From Mobula hypostoma (Eukaryota): 64,000 nt of DNA. Where the stretch lies: positions 6,016,001 through 6,080,000 of the forward strand of contig NC_086109.1 of NCBI RefSeq assembly GCF_963921235.1. Direction: 5' to 3'. Positions 12,161 through 26,087 of this stretch are shown piece by piece. Below the pieces are notes generated by a model. The model did no database searches, had not been told where the DNA came from, and saw only the letters and a program-made list of their open reading frames with translations. The translations under genes were made by a program, and so were the position numbers. Numbering within the stretch: the first letter of the stretch is position 1; every line of letters begins with the position of its first letter.

Positions 12161-13539
12161 TTTTTGTGATCTGGTTTTTTTTTAAATTTGCTGTATTTTA
12201 TTCACTTATAGCTTGGTAACAGACTCCTCCGGCCCCGCACCATCCAATTACACCCATGTGACCAATTAATCTACTAACCGTTTATCTTTAGAGCGTGGGG
12301 TTAAACAGGGAAGGTATAGTAGTATACAGTCCTAATGCGGGATGAGAGTAGATGGGCAAAAAGGTCAGCATGAATATGATGGGCAGAAGGGCCTGGTCCC
12401 ACCCCATATGACTCTACAACACCGACCCTTATATTCAACATCAAACTCTGTTCGCTAACACCCTGTGCCATGAGATACGGTTTATTGGTGTAAGTGCACT
12501 GCAGGGGGATTGTCCCATTTAGATCCACCGCCTTGCTACTCACTAATCCCTGCCCCCCTCCCCAGTTCCGTCTGACCCCGTAGACTGCGACATCTCTCTC
12601 AGTCACTCTAACGATATGCCTGACAGATCTGCAGTGAATGTCTCCAAGCCACGCCTGTTCCACAGGTTCATGAGATCTGAGATCCCTGGAGACTGAGCCA
12701 CGGGGTTCAACTCAAATACGTAGACAGCTCTCAACGAACCAACAACCTACTGGAGGAAATCCGTGCACCGAGCATCAGCTGTGGGAGTGGGAAAGAACTG
12801 TTGAGGTTTCAGGTCAAGACCCTCCATTAGGACTCAAAAGGGGAGGGAGGAGATAGCCAGTATAAAGAGGAGGGGAGAGGACAGGTGAAACAGGGCCTGG
12901 TAGGTGATGGATGGACCAAGGAGTTCAATTTGAATTGAATTAAATTGACTTCATTACCTACATCCTTCATATACATGAGAGGTAAAAATCTTTACATTAC
13001 ATCTCCTTCTAAGTTCAAAGTTGACTTTGATTAAGCTCAATTTATCAAAGTATGTTTATGTCATCCTATACAACCTTGAGATCCATTTTCTTGCAGGCAT
13101 TCAGAGTAGGGCAAAGAAATACAATATAATCAATGAAAAACTACACACAAAGACTGACAAACAACCAATGTGCAACAGATGACAAACTGTGCAAGTACAG
13201 ACAAGTGTAGTAATAAATAAGTAAGTAATACAGAGAACAGAAGTTGTGAGGAGTGGTGGCCATCTGGAGCAGGCAGATGGAGAAGACTGGGGGGAGGAGA
13301 AAGAGGGTGAAAGTTGGAGATTATTGTTTGAGGGTGATAAGCGGGAACACAAAAGGGCTGCCAGTACTGGAGTCTGATAAGGAAGCTGATAATGAAGGGC
13401 TGCGTCACCCAACAGTAATAAAATATGAACTGATTTCACGTCAAAGTACAACCAAACCAAACTATAACAGCTGTTGGACTTCCTAACCAACAGACCTCGA
13501 AGGTGGTCAGAATGCACAAACACTCCTCCCTCCCCATCA

Positions 13540-14535
13540 TCCTCAACATGGGTGCCCCCCACCCAGACTGTGCTGGACACCTCGCTGTACACGCTGCTCG
13601 GCCAGACATCTGAGTAATCACACTGTCAATGTCGCCAATGGCACCATAGAGGTGAGGCTCATCAACGACAACGGTGGGACGGCCTACCGAGAAGCAGTGG
13701 AGGAGCTCGAGGCCTGGCACCAGGAGAATAAACTGTTCCTTGTTGTCAAGAAGACAAAGGAGATTGTTATCAACTTGAGAAGAACTCGCACCACTCACAT
13801 CCTCTTGATATCGACACCGCAGCAGTGCAAACTGCGAGCAATTTCAAACTCCTGCGAGTGTACATCTCGCACAACCTCTCATGGTCTCAGAGCACATCCT
13901 TCGCTGTCAGGAAAGCTCACCAATGCCTCCGCTTTGAGGAGGCAGAAGAGAGCTGGATTTTAACATGCATACTCACGTCATCCTACAGATGTGCAGTAGA
14001 GAGCATCCTAACTAACTACACCATGGCAGACAGGAGAGCTCTACAACCGGTAGCCAAAACTGCCCTATATATCACCGGCACCAAACCTACCAACCATCGA
14101 GTACATATATACAGAAAGGTGCCCGAAAACAGCTAGTAACGTCATAAAGGGTCCCACCCACCCTTTATGTCTCAGTCCCATCAGGGAGGAGGCTACGTAG
14201 CACCCACACCAAGTCCACCAGAGCTCAAAGACAGTTTCCCAAGCAGTAAGGCAGATCAGTACCTTCACCTACTAACTCATCAACTGCAGCCCCCAACCAC
14301 CCCTACTTTATCAACTTCTGTCAGTCAGCTTATGTATAAACACTCCTGTGTCTAGCCTCACTTTATGGACATACAATCAATCTATACCAGCGATCTTACA
14401 TTATTTTGCTTTTAGTTATTATTGTGTTCCTGATCTTATTGTGTTTTTTTTTTGTGCTGCATCGGATCTGGAGGAACAATTATTTCATTCTCCTTTACAC
14501 TTGTGCATTGGAAATGACATTAAACAATCTTGAGA
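13540..14535 (+). mobile_element. Degenerate Rex1/L2-type LINE 3' fragment
   Basis: AYREAVEELEAW..KKTKEIVINLRR; CAVESILT. Confidence 0.75.
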
Positions 14536-14729
14536 TTGTAAAACACAAGAGACACTGCCAGTGGTGGAAATCACACACAAAATGTTGGAGGAACTCAGTA
14601 GGTCTACAGAGGGGAATAAACAGTCAGCATTTTGAGCCGAGACCTTGATGAATGGAATCATAAGGCTACGGTTACCTTATAAGGTAACTGGAGAATGCAC
14701 CCTAACAGGTGTATGTAACAAGTAATAAT

Positions 14730-15225
14730 CAGGTGTAGTATCACCGGCGTAGGTTGTGAAATTTGTTAACTTTGCGGCAGCAGTACATAATAGAAACACA
14801 AAATGTGAATTACAGTAAGTATGTTTATATTAGTTAAATTAAATAAGTAGTGCAAACATAAAAATAAAAAGTAGTGAGTTAGTGTTCATGGGTTCAATGT
14901 CCATTCAGAAATCTGATGGCAGAGGGGAAGAAGCTGTTCCAGAATCATTGAATGTGTGCCTTCAGGCTCCGGCACCTCCTTCCTGATGGTGGCAATGAGG
15001 ACAGGGCCTGACTTGGGTAATGGGGTCCAAAATGATGGACGCCGCCTTTTTGAGGCATCGCAACTTGAGGATGTTCTGGATGCTACGGAGGCTAGTGCCC
15101 ATGAAGGATCTGACTAAGTTTACATTCTGCAGCTTATTTTGATCCTGTGCAGTAGCACCCCCCCCCCCCATACCAGATGGTGATGTAGTCAGTTAGAATG
15201 CTTTCCACTGTACATCTTTAGAAAA
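14730..15225 (-). mobile_element. Rex1/L2-type LINE 3' fragment
   Basis: Same family as 10856-11735 (RCLKKAASII). Confidence 0.75.
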
Positions 15226-16224
15226 CCTGAGTGATTATTGGCTTTCTTGATTTAAAGTCCCTGCACTTCTCCTTGTCTCCACACACAAAGTGCTGGAGGA
15301 ATTCAACAGGTCAGACAGCATCTATTGAAAGGAATAAATAGGAGTCAACATTTCGGGCCATGACTCTGCATCAGGAATGTTATTCCCCTTGTTATTCTTG
15401 GGCCTTTTACTAACCTGTGGCACACAATTTGACTTTCAAACATTTCTCCCTTCCTTCCTTCCCTCCCCTCATGTCCTCTGCCCCTTAAAACTTTTCCCTT
15501 TCCAACGATACCCAATTTGGCTGTCCAGCCAGTAGCTGACTCTCTCCCCTTGCTGGTGCTGCCTGACCTGCACGTCCTGTTGACCAAGTACTCATCTGTC
15601 GTCATGGACTACTGACATGGTGCTTTTGTGTTGTCAAGTACCTCGAGATGTATCACACAGCTGTCATCAAGCAAACTCCGACACTGAGTTCCACAAGGAG
15701 ATACTAGGGCAGCTGGCCCCCGGAACTGGTCAGCAAGGAGCTTGAGGAGCATCTGAAATGTGGAATCGTTGTGGCGGTGGGGGGGGGGTGCGGGTGGAGA
15801 GAGAAGGGGAGGCAGTTCGTGCACAAACTGAAAGAAGACATCACAGAGTTTCTGACATCTTCAATCACAGCCTGTGTATGACCTCGGATCAGAATGAGAC
15901 TTCAGTAGCTACAGCAGAGACTTCTGTAGTCTGGCATTCTATAGCCCAGAAACATCCATGATGTAATGTGAATCTATGGATTCTATCTATCTAACTTAAA
16001 ATCATAATTAATCAAGATCTATACTAATTTGTACCTAATACAGCTTCTGCGATTTCAGCCAACAGCAACTCCAAGTTACAGAAAGTTAAGTTACTTCGGT
16101 TCTCAGGAGCCATGTGCAACCCGGAGAATGTGTAGAAACAAAAGAACAGTCCCCTTGCTGAGAAAGGTGATCAATGGGTCAATTCTTTTGTGCAAATTTT
16201 CCCCGAGGAAGGGTACAGGAGAGA

Positions 16225-17335
16225 GACAGATCAGCTGATTGAGTGATGTCACAACAACAATCTCACCCTCAATATCAGTGAGACCAAGGAACTGATTCAA
16301 GAAGGGGAAGGCTGCACGCCCACTCCAATCCTCGAATGAGTGGTCAATGGTAGAAAAGGCGAGCAGTTTCATCTCCCTGGGTGTCAACATCAAGGAGGTT
16401 CTATCCGGGGCCCAACATATTGATGCAATCACGAAGGTGGCACATCACCAGCTCGAGGAGTTTAAGAAGATTTGGTATGTCACCAAAGACGCTGTAGCAA
16501 ATTTCTGTAGCTGTACCATGGAGAGCGTTTAGTCTGGAGGCTCCAATGCACAGGATCACAAGAGGCTGCAGAGGGTTGTAAACTCAGCCAGCTCCATCAC
16601 TGGCAAAACTCTTCTGAGCATCGAGGACATCTACAATAAGCGGTGCCTCGAGAAGGTTGCATCCATCACCACGGGCCCTCACCAGCTGGGACATATCCTC
16701 TTCTCATTTAGGGTTGCCAACTGCCCCGTATTAGCCAGGACATCCCGTATATTGGGCTAAATTGGTTTGTCCCATATGGGACCGCCCTTGTCCCATATTT
16801 CCCCCGCTAAGTTAGAGCATTCCTATGAAACCGTTCATAAGCCGAAATGGTGTAAAGTGAAGAAGCAATTACCATTAATTTATACGGGGAAAATTTTTGA
16901 GCATTCCCAGACCCAAAAAATAGCCTACCAAATAACACATAAATCCTAAAATAACACTTATAGTAAAAGCAAGAATGATATGATAAATACACAGCCTATA
17001 TAAAGTAGAAATAATGTACGTACAGTGTAGTTTCACTTACCAGAATCAGGAAGATTAAGCCAAAACCGATTTGTAGAAAAAAAAAATCGGCACGTACACG
17101 CATGCGCATGTCACGTACGCGCACACAGATGCCCGCGCAAGGCTTCATGGTCATGGTAGTCTTTCTCGGGGTAAACCCAAGTGTCCCGTATTTGACTGCT
17201 ACTTTTGTCCCTTATTGGGAGTGAGAAGGTTGGCAACCCTCTTCTCATTACTACCATCAGGGAGGAGCTACAGGAACCCTCAACATTTTAGGAACACTTT
17301 CTTCCCCATTGCCAACAGATTCCTGAACAGTCCAT
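16225..17335 (+). mobile_element. Rex1/L2-type LINE fragment split by a hAT MITE
   Basis: HIDAITK..NFCSCTMES; host sequence resumes after the MITE at 17242. Confidence 0.7.
16709..17241. mobile_element. hAT (Blackjack-like) MITE
   Basis: TIRs TAGGGTTGCCAAC / GTTGGCAACCCT(C); 8-bp TSD TTCTCATT (16701-16708, 17242-17249). Confidence 0.85.
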
Positions 17336-17911
17336 GATATGAAGAGGAATTTCTTTAGCCAGATGGTGGTGAATCTGTGCAATGCACTATCACGGACGGT
17401 TATGGAGGCCAAGTTGTTGGGTATATTTAAAGTGGCGGTTGATAGGTTCTTAATTAGTAAGGGTGTCAAAGCTTAGGGGGAGAAGTCTTATCTAGCCCCA
17501 TCTGCCTGCAGAGTGGAACGGAACACAAGAGACAGCAGATGCCGGATATCTGGAGCAGTATACTGAGAAGCTGGAGGAACTTAGCTGATCAAACAGTGTC
17601 TAGGAAACGAAATAGTCCAGATGAAGGGTCTTGACCCCAAAAAGGGTGTCCACTGTCCATTTCCCTCCAACGAGTGCTGCCTGACTCACTGAGTTGTGGG
17701 TATGCCATGTTATTGTTTACCCTTGTACTATCTAGGCCGGCATGGTAGGAGAGAGGTTCGCGGAGGAGCAACGGCTCAATTCCCGCCACTGTCTACAAAG
17801 AGGTTGTTCATTCTCCCCATGGCTGAATGGGATTCTACCCGGTGCTCCAGATTCCTCCTACATTCCACATGGGTTGGGGTTATTAAGTTGCAGGCATGCC
17901 ATGTTGGTACT

Positions 17912-18305
17912 CCTCCAAGAGGACCACAACCTTCTTGTGGTTTGGAGGCTTCTGTACCTCAGTGACCCCGACAGCTGTGTTGGCTGGGGTCAGGGCTTTA
18001 TGCTTTGGCTCTTGGTTAGGTCACCCATGCCAAATAGGTCGAAGGGTTAAGCGGTCAACCAGTCCTCCAGGTTCGTGGGTTCAGCTCAAGGATAACAACC
18101 CCAAACAGTCAAAACTGTTACGGAAACAGCAATGAAGAATCCTTCTACATCTGAGTGTGACGGTATTCCTGAGTCTCCACACGGGACTTGCGTGACTGAA
18201 AACCAAGAGGAAGCTACATACGTGATGAAGGAAGCCCTGAACACCACCAGAGACGGAGGACCTTCATTGCTGCCCTAAACGCCAGCAGCGTAACGGGCAG
18301 TAAGT
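17912..18305 (+). mobile_element. RTE-derived bipartite non-autonomous element (family B)
   Basis: Copies at ~19915-20247 (-) and ~49263-49647 (+); 3' end reads RTFIAALNASSVTGSK*, like an RTE ORF C-terminus. Confidence 0.6.
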
Positions 18306-20299
18306 ATGTTGGCGCCAGAATGTGCATTTGTAGTCAGCCCCCAGCCTGGTCATTAACCCAAACAATACATTTCACTGTTTGCCTCAACGTCCATGTGAAA
18401 AATAAACCTAGTTTTTTAATTTCCATCCCCATTTGCTCATGTCTGGCCCATCCCCCTCTGAACTCTTCCCATCCACATACCTGTCCAACCGTCATTTTGC
18501 TGTTGTACCCGCCCCAACCACTTCCTCTGGAAGCCCGAGTTAGATTTGTCCATTTCTTGCCTTCACTTCAATCGCTCAAAGCAAAATTGGCTGAGTCACT
18601 AAACCCATAGCTATTACCAGAGAAACAGAAAAAACTTTCCACTCTGTCTAAGCACTCAAGCTGCATGCGTCAGACAGACAATGGGATTCACAAGGGGATG
18701 TACTGTAAACGCCACAGAGTGAGCGAGGGCAATCAGACTCGGCAACTGGTTTGTTTTCTCTCAATCCCCCTCTCCTGCCTTCCCCCCCCCATAACCTTTG
18801 ACCCCCCCCTTACTAATCAGAACCTATCAACCTCCACTTTAACCATCGCGAATCACTAGGCCTCCACAGCCATCTGTGCCAAAGCCTTCCCGCCGATTCA
18901 CCACCCTCTGGCTAAAGAAATTTCTCCTCAGCTCAGGTCTTTAGATGAGAACGGCTGGCTCCGTTATAGTCGTCAAACTGGACACACTGGAGTCTGTGGT
19001 AGAACAAAGGACCCTGCAAAAATCCTGGCAATTCCGGACAATGTTTCTCACCCTCTGCATGCCACCTTGGCTGAACAGAGAAGCATTTTTAGTAATAGAC
19101 TAAGACAATTGCGCTGTTCCAAAGAGCCTATACGAGGTCATTCTTACCCTTAGACATTAGGCTCTATAGTGAGTCAACCTGTAGCCTAGGAAGTGATGAG
19201 CCCTCCTGTTAGACTGTTTGAAGTGACTTATTATTTTTTATTCTTTGTTACTTTTCTTCCAATATTTGAAAATTGGTATACCTGTGAACTTGTAATGCTC
19301 CGTGACACTGTAATTTCCTTTGGGATCAATAAAGTATTTATCTTCTAAAGGGGTGTCCTAGTATTCTGAGGCCGTGCGAGACTCACCCACTATTGGAAGC
19401 ATCGTCTCCATGTCCACTCGATCTAGGAATTTCAATATTCAATAGGTTTCAGTGAGCTCCCTCCCCCTCCTTATTCTAAACTCTAGTGAGTACAGGCTCA
19501 TTAACCCTTTCACTCCCAAGCTCATTGGCATTGCAAGCCTGGGGTCACGAGAGAACCTGGCATCTCAATCCATTGCAGAGCAAAACTAAAACCCTGTGAC
19601 ACAACGCTTCCAAATGTGCTTCAGACACAACATATAACATCTTCACCTTCAACAAAATTTGTTATTATATATATTGTTATATATTATAAAATATATATTT
19701 ATGTATAATATGTATTTTATATACAACATATCTGTAAAAGGCATGTGTTGGATCCTCATACTTTGGTGATCCAAAGGTTCTTCAAAAGTCAAGATTGAGA
19801 TAAAAACTTGTATTAAATGTCACAGATGGAAAACAAACAAGAGGAGCTGAGAACAAAGTAATGGCAAACTTTTTTTAAAAATCAGTCATGGACATCTCCT
19901 ACTCAGACTAGTATTTACTGCTCGTTACACTGCTGGCATTTAGGGCAGCAATAAATATCCTCCATCTCTGTCCACACCACCGCACTCAGATATACAAGGA
20001 TTCTTCACTGCTGTTTCCGTAACTATTTTTTTGGCCAGTCAGGGTTGTTGGCCCTGAGATGAACCCCTGAACCTGGGGGACTGCTGGGCCACTCTAGGTC
20101 TGGTTTAACCCTTTGACCTGTTTGGCATGGGTAACCCTACCAAGAGCCAAAGCATAAAGCCCTGATTCCAACCAACAGGGCTCTCCGGGTCACTGAGGCA
20201 CGCAAGCCTCCAAACCCTACGACAAGGCTGTGGTCCTCTTGGAGGACGGAGAGATAACAATAATCCAGTGATAACTACTGGCCCATAAAGCAGCAAGAT

Positions 20300-20752
20300 T
20301 CAAAGCAACACACACAAAATGCTGGAGGAACTCAGCCAACCAGGAAGCATCTGTGGAAATTCATAAACAGACGACGTTTCGGCCAAGACCCTTTTCAGGA
20401 TTGAAAAGGAAGGGGCAAAGTGCCAGAATAAAAAGTGGGGGGGAAGGGGCAGGAGGAGTAGCTGGAAGATGATAGGTGAAGCCAGGTGGGTTGGAAAGAT
20501 AAAGGTTCAGAGAAGAAGGAATCTAATAGGAGAGGACAAAGGGAAGGAGGAGGGTACACAGGGTGAGGTGACAGGCAGGTGAGAAGAGGTCAGAGGTGGC
20601 CAAAGTAGAGAATAGAAGTAGAGGGGAGGGGAGGAATTTTCATTTTTACTGGAAGGAGAAATCAATATTCATGCCATCAGGTTATATGAAATATAGGGTG
20701 TTGCCCCTCCACCCTGAGGGGGGGCTCATCTTCGCACAATTGGAGGCCATGG
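20300..20752 (-). mobile_element. Penelope-like 3' fragment with pseudo-LTR
   Basis: Minus strand encodes GMNIDFS GIY-YIG tail; decayed hammerhead at ~20369-20402. Confidence 0.75.
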
Positions 20753-21819
20753 TGTAACACCTCCTACAGAAAACTTAAGTTTTCAAACACATACAGAAGC
20801 ATAATTGCTGGAAAATGCACTGAACAATTACACGTATAGAGATGATTGCATAAAACTACAAGCAAGCACAGCAAAGTTAAACTACAAGAAAAATAACAAT
20901 TCTACACACCAATCCAGCACATGGTATCACCAACATCAACCAGCCAATACATGGCTATCATGTTCTTTCTTTTAAAAGAAAGAATTTTTAAACTACAAAT
21001 CGATACAGATTCTGCAGTAACCATGGTTTATTTTATTTATCAGAACAAGCAAGATCATAAGCTCAGGAAGAAGGTGAGCCAAGTTTGAATCAGTCGCCTC
21101 AAAAGTATTTATTTTTTTACATAGCACAGCAGTTACATCACTGCAACAGTGATCCAAACGCCTGGATAAATAATCCTGAGACACAGGTTCAAATCCAGTC
21201 ACAGCAGCTGGGAACTTTAACCTCAATTAATTGTAAATTAAAGGCAACAAAGTGAAGGGATTGTCAGAAAACTCCTCCGGGCCTTGCAAATGCCCCCCAG
21301 GGAAAGGTGGATATGTGGAATGCTCTGCCCCAGAAGGCTCTGGAGGCCAAGTCTCTGGATGCTTTCAAAAAAGAGATGGATAGAGCTCTTAAAGATAGCG
21401 GAATCAAAGGTTATGGGGATAAGGCAGAAACTGGATACTGATTGTGGATGATCAGCCATGTGCTGGCTCAAAGGGCCGAATGGCCTACTCCTGCACCTAT
21501 TGTCTATTGTTTATTGAAAAGCAGTCTGCCATCCTGGTCCTGGTCTGTCTAACATATGACTTTATACTCTCATTTATCCACTGAGGTGATCCAGCAAACC
21601 CCCTCAAGGCTGAGGGTTGGGAATACTCAGCAAATCAGTGTTAGAGAGATACCTAGCATAGAAATGGCAGGTGGGTCCAGGTGAGGGGGGTGATGGGTAG
21701 ACAGAGGAAGGGAGAATGGGAATAGTGACAGAGGCTGGGAGCTGATGGCTGGATCCAGGTGAGGAGCGTTGATAGGCAGATGGAGGAGGGGAGAGTGGGA
21801 ATGGTGACAGAAGCTGGGA

Positions 21820-22395
21820 GCTTTGGCATGTCAACAAATACACTCAAAAACATCTATAGATGTACTGTGAAGAGCATTCTGACAGGCTGCATCACTGTCT
21901 GGTATAGAGGGGCTTCTATACAGGACTGAAAGAAGCTGCAGACATTTGTAAATCTATCTTGTAAAGTTTGTAAATCCATCTTGGGTACTAGCCTACAAAG
22001 TATCCAGGACATCTTCAGGGAGCAGTGTCTCAGAAAGACAGCATCCATACTTAGGGACCTCCAGCACCCAGGGCATGTCCTTTTCTCACTATTACCATCA
22101 GGTAGGAGATACAGAAGCCTGAAGGCATACACTCAGTGATTCAAGAACAGCTTCTTCCCCTCTGCCATCCGATTCCTAAATGGACATTGAATATTTGGAC
22201 ACTACCTCACTTTTTTTTAAATATACAGTATTTCTGTTTTTGCACATTTTTTAATCTGTTCAATATACATTATTTACTTTTTTTTATTACTTTTTCAATT
22301 TTCTCTCTGCTAGATTATGTATTGCATTGAACTGCTGCTGCTAAGTTAACAAATTTCATGTCACATGCCCGTGATAGTAAACCCGATTCTGACTC
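21820..22395 (+). mobile_element. Rex1/L2-type LINE 3' fragment inside a Penelope tract
   Basis: CTVKSILTGCITVWY; same family as 10856-11735. Confidence 0.8.
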
Positions 22396-22594
22396 TGAGT
22401 GGATAGGTGGATCACAGTGAGGAAGGTTGATGGGCAGATGGAGGAGGGGAGAGTGGGAATGGTGACAGAAGCTGGGAGGTGATAGGCGGAGGTGACAAAG
22501 GGATGGTGGGATCTGATAGGAGAGGAAGGTGGAGCATGGAATCAAACACGTTCCATAATTTTGTATACTTCTATATCAAATATCACCCCTACCC

Positions 22595-23000
22595 TACACT
22601 CTGAGGTTGAATGGGCTAGGACTTTATTTCCTGGAGGACAGGAGAATGAAGGGAGACTTGATAAAGGCATACAAAATTATGTAAGGTTTAGATGGGGTAA
22701 ACGCAAGCAGGATTTTCCCACAGAGGTTGGGTGAGGCTAAAACTAGAGGTCATAGGTTAAGGGTGAAAGGTGAAATGCTTATGGAGAACACGAGGGCACA
22801 CAGCAGTCCTTCACTCAGAGGGTGGTGAGGGTGTGGATACAGGTTCAATTTCAAAGATTAAGAGAAATTTGGATAGATGCATGGAGGGAAAGGGTATGGA
22901 GGCCTACAGTCCGGGTGCAGGTCAATGGGACGAGACAGATTAGTAGTTGGCATGGACTAGATGGGCCAAAGGGTCTGCTTTTCTACTGTAGTGTTCTCTA
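22595..23000 (+). mobile_element. CR1 LINE 3' fragment
   Basis: Degenerate CR1 ORF2 C-terminus and 3' UTR. Confidence 0.7.
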
Positions 23001-23061
23001 ACTAATGGTCTTAAACACTCAAGGGTACAATAAAATTCCTTGCTCACGAAAAGATGACAAA

Positions 23062-23082
23062 GTAAACAGTTTCCATGGTAAC
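23062..23082. promoter_or_regulatory. Adjacent forkhead motif and RFX X-box
   Basis: GTAAACA directly followed by GTTTCCATGGTAAC. Confidence 0.3.
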
Positions 23083-23295
23083 AGTACATACAAGAAATAT
23101 TAGAGTGACTGGCGCAAAACAGAACAGTGTAGAGTACAGCAGTCCAATCTGAGGTGAAAAATAAAGGCTAAAGTATCGATAATGGAAGAGGTAGAACTAA
23201 TGAGTTTCTTCTGTCGCTTCTGTCCTGCGGGTCTTCAACCTGGCATGTTGAACGTTTTTCTCGCCACAGATGTGGCCACATTTAAACAAACCTGG

Positions 23296-23493
23296 GCAAC
23301 ACACATAAAACTCAGCACCTATGGACAAGAGTAAACGGTCGACGTTTCGGGTCGAGGTCCTGATGAAAGGTCTCGGCCCAAAACGCCGACAGTTTACTCT
23401 TTTCCCATAGACGCTGCCTGACCTGCTGAGTTCCTCCAGCGTTTTGCATGTGTTGCTTTGATTTCCAGCATCTGCAGATTTTCTCTTTGTTTG
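23296..23493. mobile_element. Penelope-like fold-back element (older copy)
   Basis: Inverted partial pseudo-LTRs; 14-bp TSD TTAAACAAA(C/T)CTGG at 23282-23295 and 23494-23507. Confidence 0.75.
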
Positions 23494-25245
23494 TTAAACA
23501 AATCTGGTCTCGTTTCAGTCACAGTTACCTTGTAACCAGTTCAAGTTAGACAGTCACACACAGCCCATACAGTTCCAATAGCAGAAAAGCAGAGTCACAA
23601 AAAAAAATATACTGCCTAAGTCATCTGTAGATCAATGGTGCCTGGGATGATTATCTGGAGCCACGTGTCTGTAAGTACAAGCACGCAGCAGTTCCTCATC
23701 TCGCACTATTGCATCCACAGATGGACACAATCCAGCCTGTCTTCCACTGAGCGAACCCTGGAAGGCAGCACCGACAGGAGAGGCCTCCCCCAGTCTCGCC
23801 CTCTGCCACACAGCCTCCAGCGTCTCCTACTACCAAGTTATTGCAAGACTGTCGGGTTCACTGAAGCTCCTCCGCGAAGGTAGCGTGCTGCCCGCAACCC
23901 CCTCTGGCCTGAGGCCGACTCTAGGCTCCCCAATGTGACTCACGCTTACCAATTGCCTGATCCGGGAAGTGGGTAGCACCAGAGGGATGGGTGTGAAAGA
24001 GTTGTAGGCTTCAAAAGTCCAGCAGCAGTGGGGAGGAAGTTTGCTGTTTGCTCCCATTTCCCATATCCGTCATCTCCTGTGTCACCCGTCTAATTGTCTA
24101 CTTGAGTCCAGGCTCACAGAAGTATGGTTGTCTCATACCGGTAACCCCAGCTCCACTGCTATGAGAACATACAATAAATGCAGCTGGCATGGCCAGTCGC
24201 ATCTATCTGTGAATCTCCAAAAGATCACCATCAGAATAAGCAGTAACTGGAAAGAGGGCAGGAGAGACTTACAAAGATGCCTCCAGAATGTGAAGGATTG
24301 AGTTATAGGGAGAGGGGGAGAGGGTAGACAAGTTACCTCAGAGCATAGGAGACGCTTAGAGTCTCCTTTAATCTTAGGGAGATGAGAGACTAAAGATTAT
24401 CTTTATTTGCCACATGTACGTCGAAATGCTGGGTGGCAAGTTGGAGATAAGTCTCTAACTAAGGAGGTGTCTGGTACTCCTTCCCTCTGCTAGCCTGCAG
24501 GTCACCCTAGGGCAAGGTGTAGCACCCTCCCACCCGCGCCCCCCGCCCCCACCGATCAGGGTCATGTGAAGCCACAGGAGCAGGCGGTGGATGGTTGTAT
24601 GAGCAGCCGGCACAGATCGCAAGTCCCGGTAATGCGACCACTGACGCCAGGCAGACTGTCTCTGAAGAGGATCGGCTCACCTGTCTTGTGAAGACACTGC
24701 CCAGAAGGTGGCAATGGCCACGTCATACAATGTGTGCGCACGTCTACTGCGTGCATTGAGGACCACTGATATCCTTATGTGACCAGAGGTGACTCTTGAG
24801 TCCAACCCCGGCCAGGAAGTACTTCCAACGCAACGTCATACGGTAATGCAAGTAACGAACACCAAAATGCAGAGTCAACGACCACACGGTTCATGGAAGT
24901 GCTGGGGGGGTGGTGGGGGGAGGGCAGCCCACAAGTGCCATCACACTTCCAGCACCAACATAGCATGCCTACAACTTAGTAAAACTAACCCGCGTGTCTT
25001 TTGCAATGTGGAAAGAGACCAACACAGTTGTGGGGAGAACGTACAAACTGCTTACAGACAGTGGTGAGAATTGAACTGCTATGCGACTGTGCTGCAAAGA
25101 CGGGCACAAAACTATGAGGAGGACAGCCTTTTTCCTAGAGTTGGGAAATCAAGAGCTGAGGTTGAAGGTTAAGGAGGGAGAAGGGAACAATTTAATAGGA
25201 ACTTTGGGGCTACATTCTTACACAGAGGGCAGTGTGCATATATAG

Positions 25246-26087
25246 TTGGATGCATCAGCAAGGGAGATGAGGCTGAGTACAGGGCTACGGTAGGAAACTT
25301 TGTCACATGGTGTGAGCAGAATTATCTGCAGCTTAATGTGAAAAAGACTAAGGAGCTGGTGGTAGACCTGAGGAGAGCTAAGGTAACGGTGACCCCTGTC
25401 TCCATCCAGGGGGTCAGTGTGGACATGGTGGAGGATTACAAATACCTGGGGATACGAATTGACAATAAACTGGACTGGTCAAAGGACACTGAGGCTGTCT
25501 ACAAGAAGGGACAGAGCTGTCTTTATTTCCTGAGGAGACTGAGGTCCTTTAACATCTGCCAGACGACGCTGAAGATGTTCTACGAGTCTGTGGTGGCCAG
25601 TGCGATCATGTTTGCTGTTGTGCGCTGGGGCAGCAGGCTGAGGGTAGCAGACACCAATAGAATCAACAAACTCATTCGTAAGGCCAGTGATGTTGTGGGG
25701 ATGGAACTGGACTCTCTGACGGTGGTGTCTGAAAAGAGGATGCTGTCCAAGTTGCATGCCATCTTGGACAATGCCTCCCATCCACTACATAATGTACTGG
25801 GTGGGCACAGGAGTACATTCAGCCAGAGACTCATTCCACCGAGATGCAGCACAGAGCGTCATAGGAAGTCATTCCTGCCTGTGGCCATCAAACTTTACAA
25901 CTCCTCCCTTGGAGGGTCAGACACCCTGAGCCAATAGGCTGGTCCTGGACTTATTTCATAATTTCCTGGCATAATTTACATATTACTATTAAATTATTTA
26001 TGGTTTTATTACTATTTAATTATTTATGGTGCAACTGTAACGAAAACCAATTTCCCCCGGGATCAATAAAGTATGACTATGACTATG
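25246..26087 (+). mobile_element. Young 5'-truncated Rex1-like LINE (RT C-terminus)
   Basis: Open ORF to 25937 (KTKELVVDLRR..YKYLG..LRRLRSFN); AATAAA then (GACTAT)n tail; inserted into a CR1 fragment. Confidence 0.92.

Noticed and set aside
23950..24160. Minus-strand segment with good AG/GTAAG sites
   Set aside because: Stops in all three frames; could only be a non-coding or UTR exon, with no support
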